The translations under genes were made by a program, and so were the position numbers. A stretch of DNA of 64,000 nucleotides from a virus, in IMG/VR virus record IMGVR_UViG_3300047095_000666, positions 33,886 to 97,885 of that record. The stretch is one strand, 5' to 3'. Positions within the stretch are counted from its first letter, which is position 1, and the number at the start of each line of letters is the position of its first letter. The notes beneath the pieces are model-generated. The model saw only the letters and a list, made by a program, of their open reading frames with translations. It did no database searches and had not been told where the DNA came from. Below are positions 9,576 to 19,356 of the stretch, one piece after another.

Positions 9576-9623
9576 GATTGAGCGCATACGCTGTTCGTGC
9601 CTAGAGCGTTATCGGTTCTCTAG

Positions 9624-9636
9624 AACTCTTTTATAG
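9624..9636 (+). promoter_or_regulatory. Late-type promoter motif AACT-CTTTTA-TAG
   Basis: AACW-N6-TA family; about 22 nt before ATG 9659. Confidence 0.55.
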
Positions 9637-9658
9637 AGTATTTCACAGGACCGAGCAA

Positions 9659-9955
9659 ATGCAAGATAACTATCTTGTGGTCTCAAACAAAGACCCGATG
9701 ATGATCGAGTCGTTCGAGCAAGTCATTGCGGAGATCGAGGGGAGCCTCTTCAACATGAGGTTTCTTTCGTCCGAGACGAATTTCGACGACCCAGATCAGA
9801 AAAAACGCTTCAAGGACAACGTAGTTCACCTGAAAAGGTTCTACGAGCGAGCAGAAAGGTTAGCACTCAATGAGCAGACGAATACACCCGGCACAAATGG
9901 AAGCCTGGATGCGAAAGCTCCAAAAAAGAATGTCAAAGTTCTTAAGAAACGCTAA
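9659..9955 (+). CDS. Hypothetical protein
   Basis: 98-aa ORF with AGGA RBS between fibre genes. Confidence 0.65.
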   Translation: MQDNYLVVSNKDPMMIESFEQVIAEIEGSLFNMRFLSSETNFDDPDQKKRFKDNVVHLKRFYERAERLALNEQTNTPGTNGSLDAKAPKKNVKVLKKR

Positions 9956-10085
9956 TGCCTCCAACGAGGAAAAGCTGGAGTTCATCCGGCTTCAGTACGG
10001 CCTTCTAGATATCGTCGTCAAGGCTCTCGACGGAAAGGTGTATTTCGTTGGATGCTCTCAGCCATCGCATCACGACGACAACTGA
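9930..10085 (+). CDS. Possible small protein (51 aa)
   Basis: MSKFLRNANAS...; fills the gap before the 920-aa fibre. Confidence 0.4.
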   Translation: MSKFLRNANASNEEKLEFIRLQYGLLDIVVKALDGKVYFVGCSQPSHHDDN

Positions 10086-10100
10086 CTTTAGGATCCAATC

Positions 10101-12863
10101 ATGGCAGAAATTTCCATTCTCAGTAATGCGAGAATCGTAGGTGCCTTGCAGTTCGATAAGGACTTCTCCGAGTTCCCCTCGAACCCCAAGGTGGGCACCC
10201 TTGTCATCAAGAACAAGTGTCTCTACGGTTACATCAAGATCGGCGACCTCGAAACGTGGTATCCGTTTGCGTCTCGCACCAATCACTACATCCACGCCCA
10301 AGGCGCGGCCTCCGTCACTTGGACCGTCAACCACGGTCTGAACTCAGAAGACATCTGGTATCAGGTGAAGGACGCATCCGGAATGATCGTGTCCCCCGCT
10401 GGCTTCCAAGTCATCGACGGTAACACTTTGCAGTTCACCTTCACCGAAGCGATCACCGGCACGGTTCTTGTCGTGTCTACCTCTTCGATGGACGTCCCGA
10501 GCCTGCGCACTTCCCTGCTGGAAATCGGCTCCGACGTGCGCATCGACACTGGCGGAATGACGATCTCTGGCGAGCGCGTGCTGACTCGTGCCACTATGAC
10601 GATCGGCGATGGTTCTATCGCTCGCTTCACGGTGAACGACCTCCAGCGCCTGAACCTCGTTTCCGGCGTTGGCGTTAGCCTCGACTTCAATGCTGAGGCC
10701 AAGTCGATCACCTTCAACGCGCCGGGTCTTAGCGTCACTCCTGAGTACGTCGCGAACGAGATCTCCGGCGTCAAGGGCGGCGTCAACACTAGCCTGAACA
10801 CTCTGGCGAAGATTGCTGCTGCGATCAACAACGATGCCAGCTTCGGCGCTAACGTCGAAGCCGAGATCGCGACGAAGCTGAACGCTTCCGAGGTGGTCAG
10901 CAGCGTCCTGCCCAGCAAGGTCTTGCGCCTCGACGCCACCGGCAAGTTGCCTGCCGACATCACCGGCAACGCGGCGTCTGCAACTTCCGTCAACTGGTCG
11001 GGCGTACAGAATCGTCCGACGACTCTTGGCGGTTACGGTATCACTGACGCCTTCCCCGCCGCCGGTCTGCAATCCGGAACGGTCAACGTTGGAACCATCG
11101 TTGTCAATGGTGCGATTCTCCCGAATCCCACTAGCTCCATCGACATTGGTTCCCCGACCGCTCGTTTCAAGACGATCTTCGTCGACGAAGCCAAGCTGAG
11201 CACGAACACCCTGTACATCGGTGACACTCCGATTCTGGGCACGTCTCAGGACACCATCAACATCAAGGCCGACCCCGGTCAGTCGATCAACATGCAGACT
11301 CGCGGCACCGGCTCCACGCTGGTGACCTCCGAGAAGGGCGTGACTGTTTCGACCAGCGGTATGAACGCCGACGTCGTGATCCAAGCCACCGGCAGCGGAT
11401 CCAAGGTTCGCTTCGGCGCTCCTCAGACGATCGACTTCACCGCACCCGAGGTAGTGACTTATGGCAACAGCACCGTCAGCGGAAACCATACCGTTGGCGG
11501 CACCCTGACCGTTACCGGCAACCTCGTGGTGAACGGTGCTCAGACCACCATCAACGCTACCACCGTCACGACGAAGGACAACATCATCGTCGTGAACTCT
11601 GGTGAACTCGGCACCGGCGTCACTTCCGGTAAGGCGGGTATCCAAGTTGACCGTGGCGACGAAGCTGATTACCAGATCATCTTCGACGAGACTGACGACA
11701 TGTTCAAGGTCGGCATGGTCGGCCAGCTGGAAGTCATTGCGTCTCGTCCTTGGGCGAACAGCACCTTCTCGGCTCTCGGCCACGGACACGTTGACGCCAA
11801 CGGCTCCAGCTCCGGCTTCATGAGCGCAGCCAACTTCACGAAGCTGGCTGGCATTGAGAACAACGCAAACTACTACGTTCATCCGACTGGCGACGGCAAC
11901 CTGCACGTACCGGCGACTGGCACCACCAACAACGGTAAGGTGCTGAAGTCCGGCATGACTGCTGGTTCCGCTGCTTGGGCGTTCGTAGACTGGTCCGAGA
12001 TCACCTCGAAGCCGTCCACTTTTGCGCCTTCTGCCCACCAGCATGGGGATGCAGACATCACCGACGTAGCGTGGACGAAGGTCACCGGCAAGCCCACGAC
12101 TCTGGCGGGCTACGGCATCACCGATGCTGTGAACGTGTCGGAAGTTGTCACGGCAGCTACGCCCAACAAGATCCTCAAGCTGAACTCGGTCGGCAAGCTC
12201 GGCACCGGCATCACTGGTGATGCTGACGGCAACGCCGGGACCGCAACGAAGCTACTGAACGCTCGTACCATTTCCGTCTCCGGAGATGCTACTGGCTCGG
12301 CGTCTTTCGACGGCTCTGCTAACAGCAACATCGCAATCGCTCTGGCGAACGTCGTCACGGCTGGTACTGGTACGAAGGTCACCTACAACGCCAAGGGTCT
12401 TGTCACTGGTTCGACTTCTCTCGCAGCATCCGACATCCCGTCTCTGGACTGGACGAAGATTACTACCGGCAAGCCGACCACTCTGGCAGGCTACGGCATC
12501 ACCGACGCGCTGAACACCTCCAGCAATTCCGTGCTGCCTTTGGCGAACGCAGACATTACGAGCGCGTCCCTGACGACCTCCACCACGACTGCTAACCAAG
12601 TCGTTGACAGCTTCAGCTCTACTGCCTACCGTACCGCAAAGTACCTGATTCAGGCCACTTCCGGTACTTCCTACCACGCCTGCGAGGCTCTGGTCATCCA
12701 CAACGGGACCACCGCTTCTCTGGTCGTGTACGGCGACGTCATGACTGGCTCCAGTCTGATGACCGTCGATGCCGACGTTTCTGGCGGCAACGTGCGTCTT
12801 CTCGCCACTCCGGCGAACGCGGCAACCACGATCAAGGTCGTGCGTACGTCCATCGACGCGTAA
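10101..12863 (+). CDS. Tail fibre protein (920 aa)
   Basis: Repeated W..IT.KPTTLAGYGITDA, GNAGTATKLLNARTISVSGDATGSASFDGSAN, LTVTGNLVVNG, SLNTLAKIAAAINND. Confidence 0.9.
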   Translation: MAEISILSNARIVGALQFDKDFSEFPSNPKVGTLVIKNKCLYGYIKIGDLETWYPFASRTNHYIHAQGAASVTWTVNHGLNSEDIWYQVKDASGMIVSPAGFQVIDGNTLQFTFTEAITGTVLVVSTSSMDVPSLRTSLLEIGSDVRIDTGGMTISGERVLTRATMTIGDGSIARFTVNDLQRLNLVSGVGVSLDFNAEAKSITFNAPGLSVTPEYVANEISGVKGGVNTSLNTLAKIAAAINNDASFGANVEAEIATKLNASEVVSSVLPSKVLRLDATGKLPADITGNAASATSVNWSGVQNRPTTLGGYGITDAFPAAGLQSGTVNVGTIVVNGAILPNPTSSIDIGSPTARFKTIFVDEAKLSTNTLYIGDTPILGTSQDTINIKADPGQSINMQTRGTGSTLVTSEKGVTVSTSGMNADVVIQATGSGSKVRFGAPQTIDFTAPEVVTYGNSTVSGNHTVGGTLTVTGNLVVNGAQTTINATTVTTKDNIIVVNSGELGTGVTSGKAGIQVDRGDEADYQIIFDETDDMFKVGMVGQLEVIASRPWANSTFSALGHGHVDANGSSSGFMSAANFTKLAGIENNANYYVHPTGDGNLHVPATGTTNNGKVLKSGMTAGSAAWAFVDWSEITSKPSTFAPSAHQHGDADITDVAWTKVTGKPTTLAGYGITDAVNVSEVVTAATPNKILKLNSVGKLGTGITGDADGNAGTATKLLNARTISVSGDATGSASFDGSANSNIAIALANVVTAGTGTKVTYNAKGLVTGSTSLAASDIPSLDWTKITTGKPTTLAGYGITDALNTSSNSVLPLANADITSASLTTSTTTANQVVDSFSSTAYRTAKYLIQATSGTSYHACEALVIHNGTTASLVVYGDVMTGSSLMTVDADVSGGNVRLLATPANAATTIKVVRTSIDA

Positions 12864-12871
12864 AACTGAGC

Positions 12872-12907
12872 GGGCGGAATCTTCGGGTTCCGCCCCTCTT
12901 TCATTTC
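12872..12907 (+). terminator. Intrinsic terminator
   Basis: GGGCGGAA-TCTTCGGG-TTCCGCCC then CTCTTTCATTT. Confidence 0.6.
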
Positions 12908-12933
12908 TGTAACTGCCTAGAGGATAGTGAATC

Positions 12934-14682
12934 ATGGCGACTCAAACCCGTTTCGTGGCCAAGAACGGCCTCGACAACAACAGCAAGACGATCACGAGCG
13001 TGGCCGATCCGGTCAACGCCCAAGACGCGTCCACCAAGAATTTCTCCAGTAACGCCGACAACCTGACTGCAGGCACCGTTGCTGCCGCCCGCATGCCCGC
13101 CTTTACCGGCGATGCTACTTCTTCCGCTGGTTCCACCGCCCTGACCCTCGCCAACGTGGTCACTGCCGGTACCGGCATAAAGATCACCTTCAACGCCAAG
13201 GGTCTGGTGACTGGCTCCGCGTCTCTTGCTGCTGCGGACATCCCGTCTCTGGACTGGAGTAAGATCACCTCCGGCAAGCCGACCACACTCTCCGGCTACG
13301 GCATCACCGATGCTCAAACTCTGATCGCTGCAGGCACCACCGCTCAGTACTATCGTGGCGACAAGTCGTGGGCAACTCTCGACAAAGCTGCTGTCGGTTT
13401 GGGTAACGTCGAGAACACCGCCCTCTCCACTTGGGCTGGCTCCTCCAACCTGACCACTGCTGGTAACTTGACTGCGGCTTCGCTGTCTGTCACCGGCAAC
13501 CTGACCGTCAATGGTACGACCACGACCGTCAACAGCACGACCGTCACCCTCGACGATCCAGTCATCACCCTCGGCGGCGACACCGCTCCGACGACTGACG
13601 ACAACAAAGATCGCGGCGTTGAGTTCCGTTGGCACAACGGCAGTGCTGCAAAGGTAGGCTTCTTCGGCTTCGACGACTCCACCGGCAAGCTGACGTTCAT
13701 CCCGGACGCCACTAACACCAACGAAGTCTTCAGCGGCTCCAAGGGTACCATCGATGCGTACATCGCGTGGTCTGATGTCACCAGCAAGCCAACGACTCGT
13801 GATGGTTATGGGATCACCGACGTTCCCAAGACTGACGGCACAGGTGCTTCTGGATCGTGGAATATCAGTGTCACCGGCACGGCAAGTTCTACGCCGCAGC
13901 ACACTGTCGTTGACCGCGATCGTACTCTGGCTGCTACTTTGCCGAACTCCTTCGGCCAATCGGTTCGGTTCGACTTTGCGAATGCGTCTGCGACTGGCAC
14001 TGGAGGCAATTACTCCGGCGTGATGACTTTTGCTCCTTACACCGGAACTACCGCATCTACTGGTGACGCTTCGTATCAGATTGCGTTCGGCAGTACCGCC
14101 GTGAACGGAGGCGGCAATCCGCAGCTCCGTATCCGGAAGGGCATTGACACAACGTGGAACGGTTGGGTTGACGTACTGACGAGTGTCAATTACAATAGCT
14201 ACTCCCCGACTCTGACTGGCACTGGCGCTTCTGGCAGCTGGGGCATCAACGTCACTGGCACTGCCGGTGGTCTATCTGGCGGTGATTCCACGTTCTACGG
14301 TCTGCTGTACAATACCTCAACTGCCGATCTCAATACTTTCAATGCTCCCGGTATTGTCAGCGCCGAGTACACTGGCTCCACCAACCGTCCTGTGGCCTCC
14401 ACGGGTCACATGTTCCAGATTTCTGATGCTGGCGGCACTGACGTCAAAACTCAGTGGTACTTTGAAAGCACTGGTGTCACTCCCTACGTGCGTCTGCAAT
14501 GGGGCAATGGGACGTGGAAACCTTGGCAGGCCGTCCTTACCAGCAGCAACTTCTCCACGTATGCGACTCCGGCAGCACACGCTGGCGACGCCAACATCCA
14601 CATCACCGCAGCTCAGAACACGTTCCTTGACGCGTTTGTCACAGGCGGCGATGTGATCCTTGACGCAAACGCTACGTTCTGA
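12934..14682 (+). CDS. Tail fibre protein (582 aa)
   Basis: VADPVNAQDASTK, KPTTLSGYGITDA, KAAVGLGNVEN, GTGASGSWGINVTG, distal DLNTFNAPG...W.PW module. Confidence 0.9.
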   Translation: MATQTRFVAKNGLDNNSKTITSVADPVNAQDASTKNFSSNADNLTAGTVAAARMPAFTGDATSSAGSTALTLANVVTAGTGIKITFNAKGLVTGSASLAAADIPSLDWSKITSGKPTTLSGYGITDAQTLIAAGTTAQYYRGDKSWATLDKAAVGLGNVENTALSTWAGSSNLTTAGNLTAASLSVTGNLTVNGTTTTVNSTTVTLDDPVITLGGDTAPTTDDNKDRGVEFRWHNGSAAKVGFFGFDDSTGKLTFIPDATNTNEVFSGSKGTIDAYIAWSDVTSKPTTRDGYGITDVPKTDGTGASGSWNISVTGTASSTPQHTVVDRDRTLAATLPNSFGQSVRFDFANASATGTGGNYSGVMTFAPYTGTTASTGDASYQIAFGSTAVNGGGNPQLRIRKGIDTTWNGWVDVLTSVNYNSYSPTLTGTGASGSWGINVTGTAGGLSGGDSTFYGLLYNTSTADLNTFNAPGIVSAEYTGSTNRPVASTGHMFQISDAGGTDVKTQWYFESTGVTPYVRLQWGNGTWKPWQAVLTSSNFSTYATPAAHAGDANIHITAAQNTFLDAFVTGGDVILDANATF

Positions 14683-14709
14683 TGAAGAACCACGCTAGCT
14701 TTATCGTGT

Positions 14710-14722
14710 AACAATGGTTTAG
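14710..14722 (+). promoter_or_regulatory. Late-type promoter motif AACA-ATGGTT-TAG
   Basis: AACW-N6-TA family. Confidence 0.65.
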
Positions 14723-14781
14723 TTAGCGTGTCTCTCAACAGTGATTGGCACGAATCCTTTTTCTCATTAAGGAAGAAACAA

Positions 14782-15930
14782 ATGGCAAGAATCATCATGA
14801 AACCCTTGCAGCTCAACGGGCTGAGCGATGCTCAATCCCGTCTGCAAGATGGTGAGATCGGCTTTGACACCCGTTTCGGTACTTTCTTCGGCAAGTACAA
14901 CGGAACTGTGGTGAGCTCGGCTGCCGGTCCCTCCAACTGGAAGCCTCTTTCTACTCCGGTACGCGTATATGGCGCAGAAGTCATCGGAGCTCCTTTTGCG
15001 GACTATAACAACGGTCGTAGCAACATCGGCCCGAACGCGGTTGATACGAACCCCGTTGTATGGAGCAACGAGTTCGGTTGTTACATCCCGGCCTCGTCCA
15101 TCAATAAGAACCCGTTCAAGGCGTACGGCGCAAAGAACGAGTTCATCTACAAAGAATACTCTCTGCACGAGACCGTAGTCGGAGCTGCCGGTTTCGCACT
15201 CGGATCCGCGTTCGCTCCGGTGAAACGTCGTCGCGACACCAAGACGTCGCTGTCGTTCCAGAACAATGCATCCGGCACTCCGGTGACCGACTACTATCGT
15301 TGCTACTACGACATTCCGATCGAGAATTTCTTCTGCAACGGGCCTAGCCGAGATCTCAATGCAAGTCATACGACTGCAAACGCAACCGCATACCTGATCA
15401 TGACCGGTTCGGTCTGCGGCGGTCCCGACCAGTATTCCCGCACTTTTGCCACGGTTGGGCATGGCGCAAACGGTAGTCACTCCGGCTACTACAACTACAA
15501 TCGAATCCTTGCTCCGGACGTCAACGGCGGTCAACCGGACTATCCTGACGGCACCAACACCACGCAGTACAACTTCACTCAACGCCGCATGTACAACGGT
15601 GCGAACACGTACTACTGCGGCGATCCTGAAGTCGGTGACGCTCAGTACACTACCGGCCTGTGCGCGATCCAGGGTCAAGACTACAGCTCCGGTGGCAATG
15701 GAATGTACAGCAGCTACCGCAATGACTTCCCTGATGGCTACCCGGCTGTCGGAACCGACCCGGTTCCGCGGCAGAATGCAGGGTTCAACTCGTACAAGGC
15801 TTCGTGGATCATCCCCATCGGATACATCGGTGGTAGCATGAACACACTGCGTCTCTACAACTGGGGCTTTGCTGACCTCATCATCGAAGGCTATGGCATC
15901 GCTTACATGTCCAAGCCCCGTCTGGCATAA
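14782..15930 (+). CDS. Putative receptor-binding/tail appendage protein, paralog of 16319-17419
   Basis: Start at MARIIMKPL after AAGGAAG; LQDGEIGFDT resembles the Mtd-N-type anchor; Y/G/N-rich; colinear with the paralog. Confidence 0.7.
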   Translation: MARIIMKPLQLNGLSDAQSRLQDGEIGFDTRFGTFFGKYNGTVVSSAAGPSNWKPLSTPVRVYGAEVIGAPFADYNNGRSNIGPNAVDTNPVVWSNEFGCYIPASSINKNPFKAYGAKNEFIYKEYSLHETVVGAAGFALGSAFAPVKRRRDTKTSLSFQNNASGTPVTDYYRCYYDIPIENFFCNGPSRDLNASHTTANATAYLIMTGSVCGGPDQYSRTFATVGHGANGSHSGYYNYNRILAPDVNGGQPDYPDGTNTTQYNFTQRRMYNGANTYYCGDPEVGDAQYTTGLCAIQGQDYSSGGNGMYSSYRNDFPDGYPAVGTDPVPRQNAGFNSYKASWIIPIGYIGGSMNTLRLYNWGFADLIIEGYGIAYMSKPRLA

Positions 15931-15944
15931 GAAGGAGTAAACAA

Positions 15945-16247
15945 ATGTACGTCACTCGTAATGATACCGGCGAAGAAATCTTCCGTGGCAGTCTGACCGA
16001 CGCCAAGCGCATCTTCGGCACCGGCTCTACTCTGATGGACCACGTTTCCGACCCGGAAACCGGCGAAGTTCTGCAAGCTGGCAAGGTAGTCGAAATGTCG
16101 GTAGTGTATGAGCTTACCGCCGAAGAACAGCGTGCATACCTCGCCGATACCGACTGGTATATCACCCGTCAGCAAGAAACTGGTCGCGAAGTCCCGCAAG
16201 CCGTTCTCGACAAGCGAGCCGCTGCCCGAGCTTTCCTGAATCAGTGA
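15945..16247 (+). CDS. Tail fibre assembly chaperone-like protein
   Basis: C-terminal RAYLADTDWYITRQQETGREVPQAVLDKRAAAR, typical of fibre-adjacent chaperone genes; AAGGAG RBS. Confidence 0.7.
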   Translation: MYVTRNDTGEEIFRGSLTDAKRIFGTGSTLMDHVSDPETGEVLQAGKVVEMSVVYELTAEEQRAYLADTDWYITRQQETGREVPQAVLDKRAAARAFLNQ

Positions 16248-16263
16248 TAACTCGGTGAGATCA

Positions 16264-16293
16264 GGGTAAGACGGATGCCCGTCTTACCCTTCT
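16264..16293 (+). terminator. Hairpin/terminator
   Basis: AGGGTAAGACGG-ATGC-CCGTCTTACCCT; weak U-tract. Confidence 0.5.
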
Positions 16294-16318
16294 CGTAGCC
16301 GCACCCAAAGGAAATCAA

Positions 16319-17419
16319 ATGTCAAGAATCGCTTTCAAACCTCTTAGAATCGAAGGATCGACGTCTTTTGCAGACGGCGAGTTCGGCTTCGAAAGCCGTT
16401 TTGGTAATTACGGCATCAAAAAGAACGGTGTCATCTCTGTTAAGGGTCGTGGCCCGTCTACTTGGAAGAACTTGGATGCGCCGGTTCGCATCTACGGCGC
16501 TGAGGTCATTGGCGCTCCCTTTCATGATGACGGTTCCACTGCCAGTTCCACTGCCGGTCTTGCTGCCAACCCGGTTGCGTATGATCGCACCTTCGGGATG
16601 TATATTCCGGCACCTTCCATCAATAAGAATCCGTTCAAGGCATACGGTGCCAATGACGAATTCATCTACAACAACTACTCGTCTCATGAGACTGTCGCTG
16701 GCGCTGCAGGCACCGGCGTAGGCTCGGCATACGCTCCTGTGAAACGTAATCGAGCCTCCAAGGCGGTGCTTACTTTCCAGAACACCGATGCCCAGGGTGC
16801 CGCGTTCACGGATTACTACCGCTGCTACTATGACATCGGTATCGAGAACTTCTTCACGGATTCTCCATACCGTGACATGGACGCATCGTACGCCACCGCG
16901 TATTCTACGGCGTACCTCATTCTCACTGGTTCTGTCGTCGGCGGTCCTGCCGGTCAGCGGACTTTTGTGAATGTGGGTCGCAACTCCAACGGCGCGTACT
17001 GGGGTCTCCACAACTACTCTCGCGTCGATACGAACAACGACGGTATCGCCGACACCACGGCTGTGAACTTCGCTCAACGTTATCTCGCAGGCGTTGGTTA
17101 TGCCGGATTCCCGGAATCCGGCAGTGCTCAATACACATCCGGTCTGGTCGCAGCAGAGGGCGTTGGATATTCTGGATCTTCATCGAATCTGCAATACCAG
17201 ATGTACAAGAACATGTACCTTGACGACGCTAGCCTCGGGAGTGGAGTCGCTCCGATTCCGAGACGCGAAGCTTTTGTCAACCAGTACAAGGCGTCTTGGC
17301 TGGTTCCGGTTTCAAGCGTTGGCGGGAACAACAACACATTCCGCATCTACAACTGGGGCTTTGCTGACCTCATCATTGAAGGCTTTGGCATCGTCTACAT
17401 GAACAAGCCGAATCTGTAA
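16319..17419 (+). CDS. Putative receptor-binding/tail appendage protein, paralog of 14782-15930
   Basis: Shares YGAEVIGAPF, SINKNPFKAYGA, TDYYRCYYDI, YNWGFADLIIEG with the paralog. Confidence 0.72.
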   Translation: MSRIAFKPLRIEGSTSFADGEFGFESRFGNYGIKKNGVISVKGRGPSTWKNLDAPVRIYGAEVIGAPFHDDGSTASSTAGLAANPVAYDRTFGMYIPAPSINKNPFKAYGANDEFIYNNYSSHETVAGAAGTGVGSAYAPVKRNRASKAVLTFQNTDAQGAAFTDYYRCYYDIGIENFFTDSPYRDMDASYATAYSTAYLILTGSVVGGPAGQRTFVNVGRNSNGAYWGLHNYSRVDTNNDGIADTTAVNFAQRYLAGVGYAGFPESGSAQYTSGLVAAEGVGYSGSSSNLQYQMYKNMYLDDASLGSGVAPIPRREAFVNQYKASWLVPVSSVGGNNNTFRIYNWGFADLIIEGFGIVYMNKPNL

Positions 17420-17423
17420 CAAA

Positions 17424-17459
17424 ATTGAATGGTCTATGGTCCGCCATAGACCATTCAAT
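17424..17459 (+). terminator. Long perfect hairpin/terminator
   Basis: ATTGAATGGTCTATGG-TCCG-CCATAGACCATTCAAT (16-bp stem). Confidence 0.6.
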
Positions 17460-17492
17460 ACAGCCTATTCGCTTCATATGGGAAACTGCTAG

Positions 17493-17505
17493 AACAAGCA
17501 ATTAG
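17493..17505 (+). promoter_or_regulatory. Late-type promoter motif AACA-AGCAAT-TAG
   Basis: AACW-N6-TA family. Confidence 0.65.
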
Positions 17506-17534
17506 TAGTCTCCTATCATCCTGGAAGGATTGAA

Positions 17535-19343
17535 ATGTCAACCTCTGTTTTCAATGTTAACGGGAAGCTCTACAAGGAAGTAATCCAAAATGGAAAACTG
17601 ACCTTGGTTGAGACTTCCCAGACCGAAGTAGACGCCATTCGGAAGGTTCCACTTTCTACGATGGGTCAACTCGTTGAAGAAAAAATCTCCGGTTTCGAGA
17701 GCCGCGTAGACTCCATCACCGAAGAAGTGACCGCGTCAGTCGCCCCGAAACTTGCAAACCTTTCAGCTCAGAGCGAAACCGTCGAGCTTCACGACGCAAG
17801 CGTGTTCGAGTACGAAGCTGAGAAGTGGCGCTGGATGGGGCAGTCCGGCCTGATCGGCACCCGTCAGTACACTTACGGCGGCACCAAGGCATACCATCGT
17901 CCATTCGACATTGCGTATGCTCCGATGAACATCCATACCCACGCAGACTTTATGGGTCTGCAGGGCATGGCCGAGATCGTCTTGTCGATGAACGGGTACT
18001 ACATCCGCACCCGTCATAACGATTACCGCGATTACCGCCCTCACAGTACGTCTAGTGCGTATCAGGCGACTGAGCGCCTGCCGCGCCCGAGCCTGCCGCC
18101 TTTGTCCGGCGACGCTGCAGCGCAACGGACTACGATGCAGGATTTCTACACCCGTCTGTACAATACCCTCCAAGAGAACGCCGGTACCAAACTGACTACC
18201 GCCGAGAAGCAGCTTGTTCGTTGGGACATGGCCTATGCGGAGTGCTGGTGGGAAGAAATCTCCAACGGCGCAGTGGACGATCCGGGTAACAATACTCGCC
18301 ACAAGAATGCGTCGGACGACGTTCGCACCATGATTCGTGACGCACAGTATTACAACTACGGCGGCCACAAGGACAATCTGGAGAACACCAGCTACTGGGT
18401 GGCAGCAGTCAAAGAGGTCAACAACGACGGCACTCCCTCGTTCGCGATGCTGAAGTTCCGCATCTTGATGATGCCTGTCGCTACCCTCGCGGACTACACT
18501 CCAAGTCAGCTCTTCGACGGTGTGAAAGACTACAGAAGTCTGATGCGCTTCGGGTACTCTGACTTCACCGCCCTCCAGAACTCCCTCCACGGTCGCTTCC
18601 GTGTCAAGGAAACGAGAGACAACTACGGTCTACTCGACACTCTGGTAAACAAGATCCCCGGTCTAGACGGCGGTGCTGCGAGCATTACCGAGGCATACAC
18701 TCAGTATGGCTCGACTGAGACTATCTTCAACATGACCAACAGCGCAGTCAACAACGCTGCACGTTACTTCCGTTACGCATACATCAATACTGATGCTTCC
18801 GGTCGTAATTCCGAACGTCGCGGGTTCAATGACCCGTATTTGTTCGTGGCCATGAACACTCAAGAGAAGTGTAAGAAGTATGACATTAATGGTCGTTCGT
18901 ATCGCTTCTCTTACATGATTCCGCTTGAGATGGTGCTTCGTCATCCTCTCGAATCGTGGAACCCCTACAGCATCCCGGAAGTCACCAGCGTGACCGGCAG
19001 CGGTACCGCCGCCGATCCTTTCTCCGGTAACACCGAGAACCTCCATTGGTATCGCACTCCTGCGTCGTTCTTCGATGCTCGGCAGATCTCTGACGCTGCG
19101 GATACCGTGAAGACTGGTCGCTTCTACAAGGGTGGGGATGGAAACGCCTACGCTACCGCTGCGTCTGGCACGTACATCTTCCTTCCGGCCATCAAGAACT
19201 CTGCTGGCACCGTCCTTGTTCCCGAAGGCGGGATCCGGATGCGTTGGCCGATTTACCCGTGTTTCCACGAGGGATCTTATGCCTTCGGCGAAGTCCAGGC
19301 TCTGCGCGACTACATCGCTGCAGGGAAGACCGTGACCGCTTGA
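17535..19343 (+). CDS. Uncharacterised 602-aa late protein (probably virion-associated)
   Basis: Own late motif and RBS; N-terminal coiled coil, then a globular region with IHTH, RTRHNDY, IPLE...WNPY, WPIYPCFHEGS. Confidence 0.8.
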   Translation: MSTSVFNVNGKLYKEVIQNGKLTLVETSQTEVDAIRKVPLSTMGQLVEEKISGFESRVDSITEEVTASVAPKLANLSAQSETVELHDASVFEYEAEKWRWMGQSGLIGTRQYTYGGTKAYHRPFDIAYAPMNIHTHADFMGLQGMAEIVLSMNGYYIRTRHNDYRDYRPHSTSSAYQATERLPRPSLPPLSGDAAAQRTTMQDFYTRLYNTLQENAGTKLTTAEKQLVRWDMAYAECWWEEISNGAVDDPGNNTRHKNASDDVRTMIRDAQYYNYGGHKDNLENTSYWVAAVKEVNNDGTPSFAMLKFRILMMPVATLADYTPSQLFDGVKDYRSLMRFGYSDFTALQNSLHGRFRVKETRDNYGLLDTLVNKIPGLDGGAASITEAYTQYGSTETIFNMTNSAVNNAARYFRYAYINTDASGRNSERRGFNDPYLFVAMNTQEKCKKYDINGRSYRFSYMIPLEMVLRHPLESWNPYSIPEVTSVTGSGTAADPFSGNTENLHWYRTPASFFDARQISDAADTVKTGRFYKGGDGNAYATAASGTYIFLPAIKNSAGTVLVPEGGIRMRWPIYPCFHEGSYAFGEVQALRDYIAAGKTVTA

Positions 19344-19356
19344 TAGGAGTGTTTCC

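Noticed and set aside
10080-12930. Additional late motifs at 10080 (AACT-GACTT-TAG) and about 12910 (AACT-GCC-TAG)
   Set aside because: The spacer is not 6 nt, so they were not counted.
14782-17419. Diversity-generating retroelement (Mtd-like N-terminus, paralogous sequences)
   Set aside because: No reverse transcriptase in the window; paralog differences include indels and are not adenine-specific; the C-termini are conserved rather than variable.
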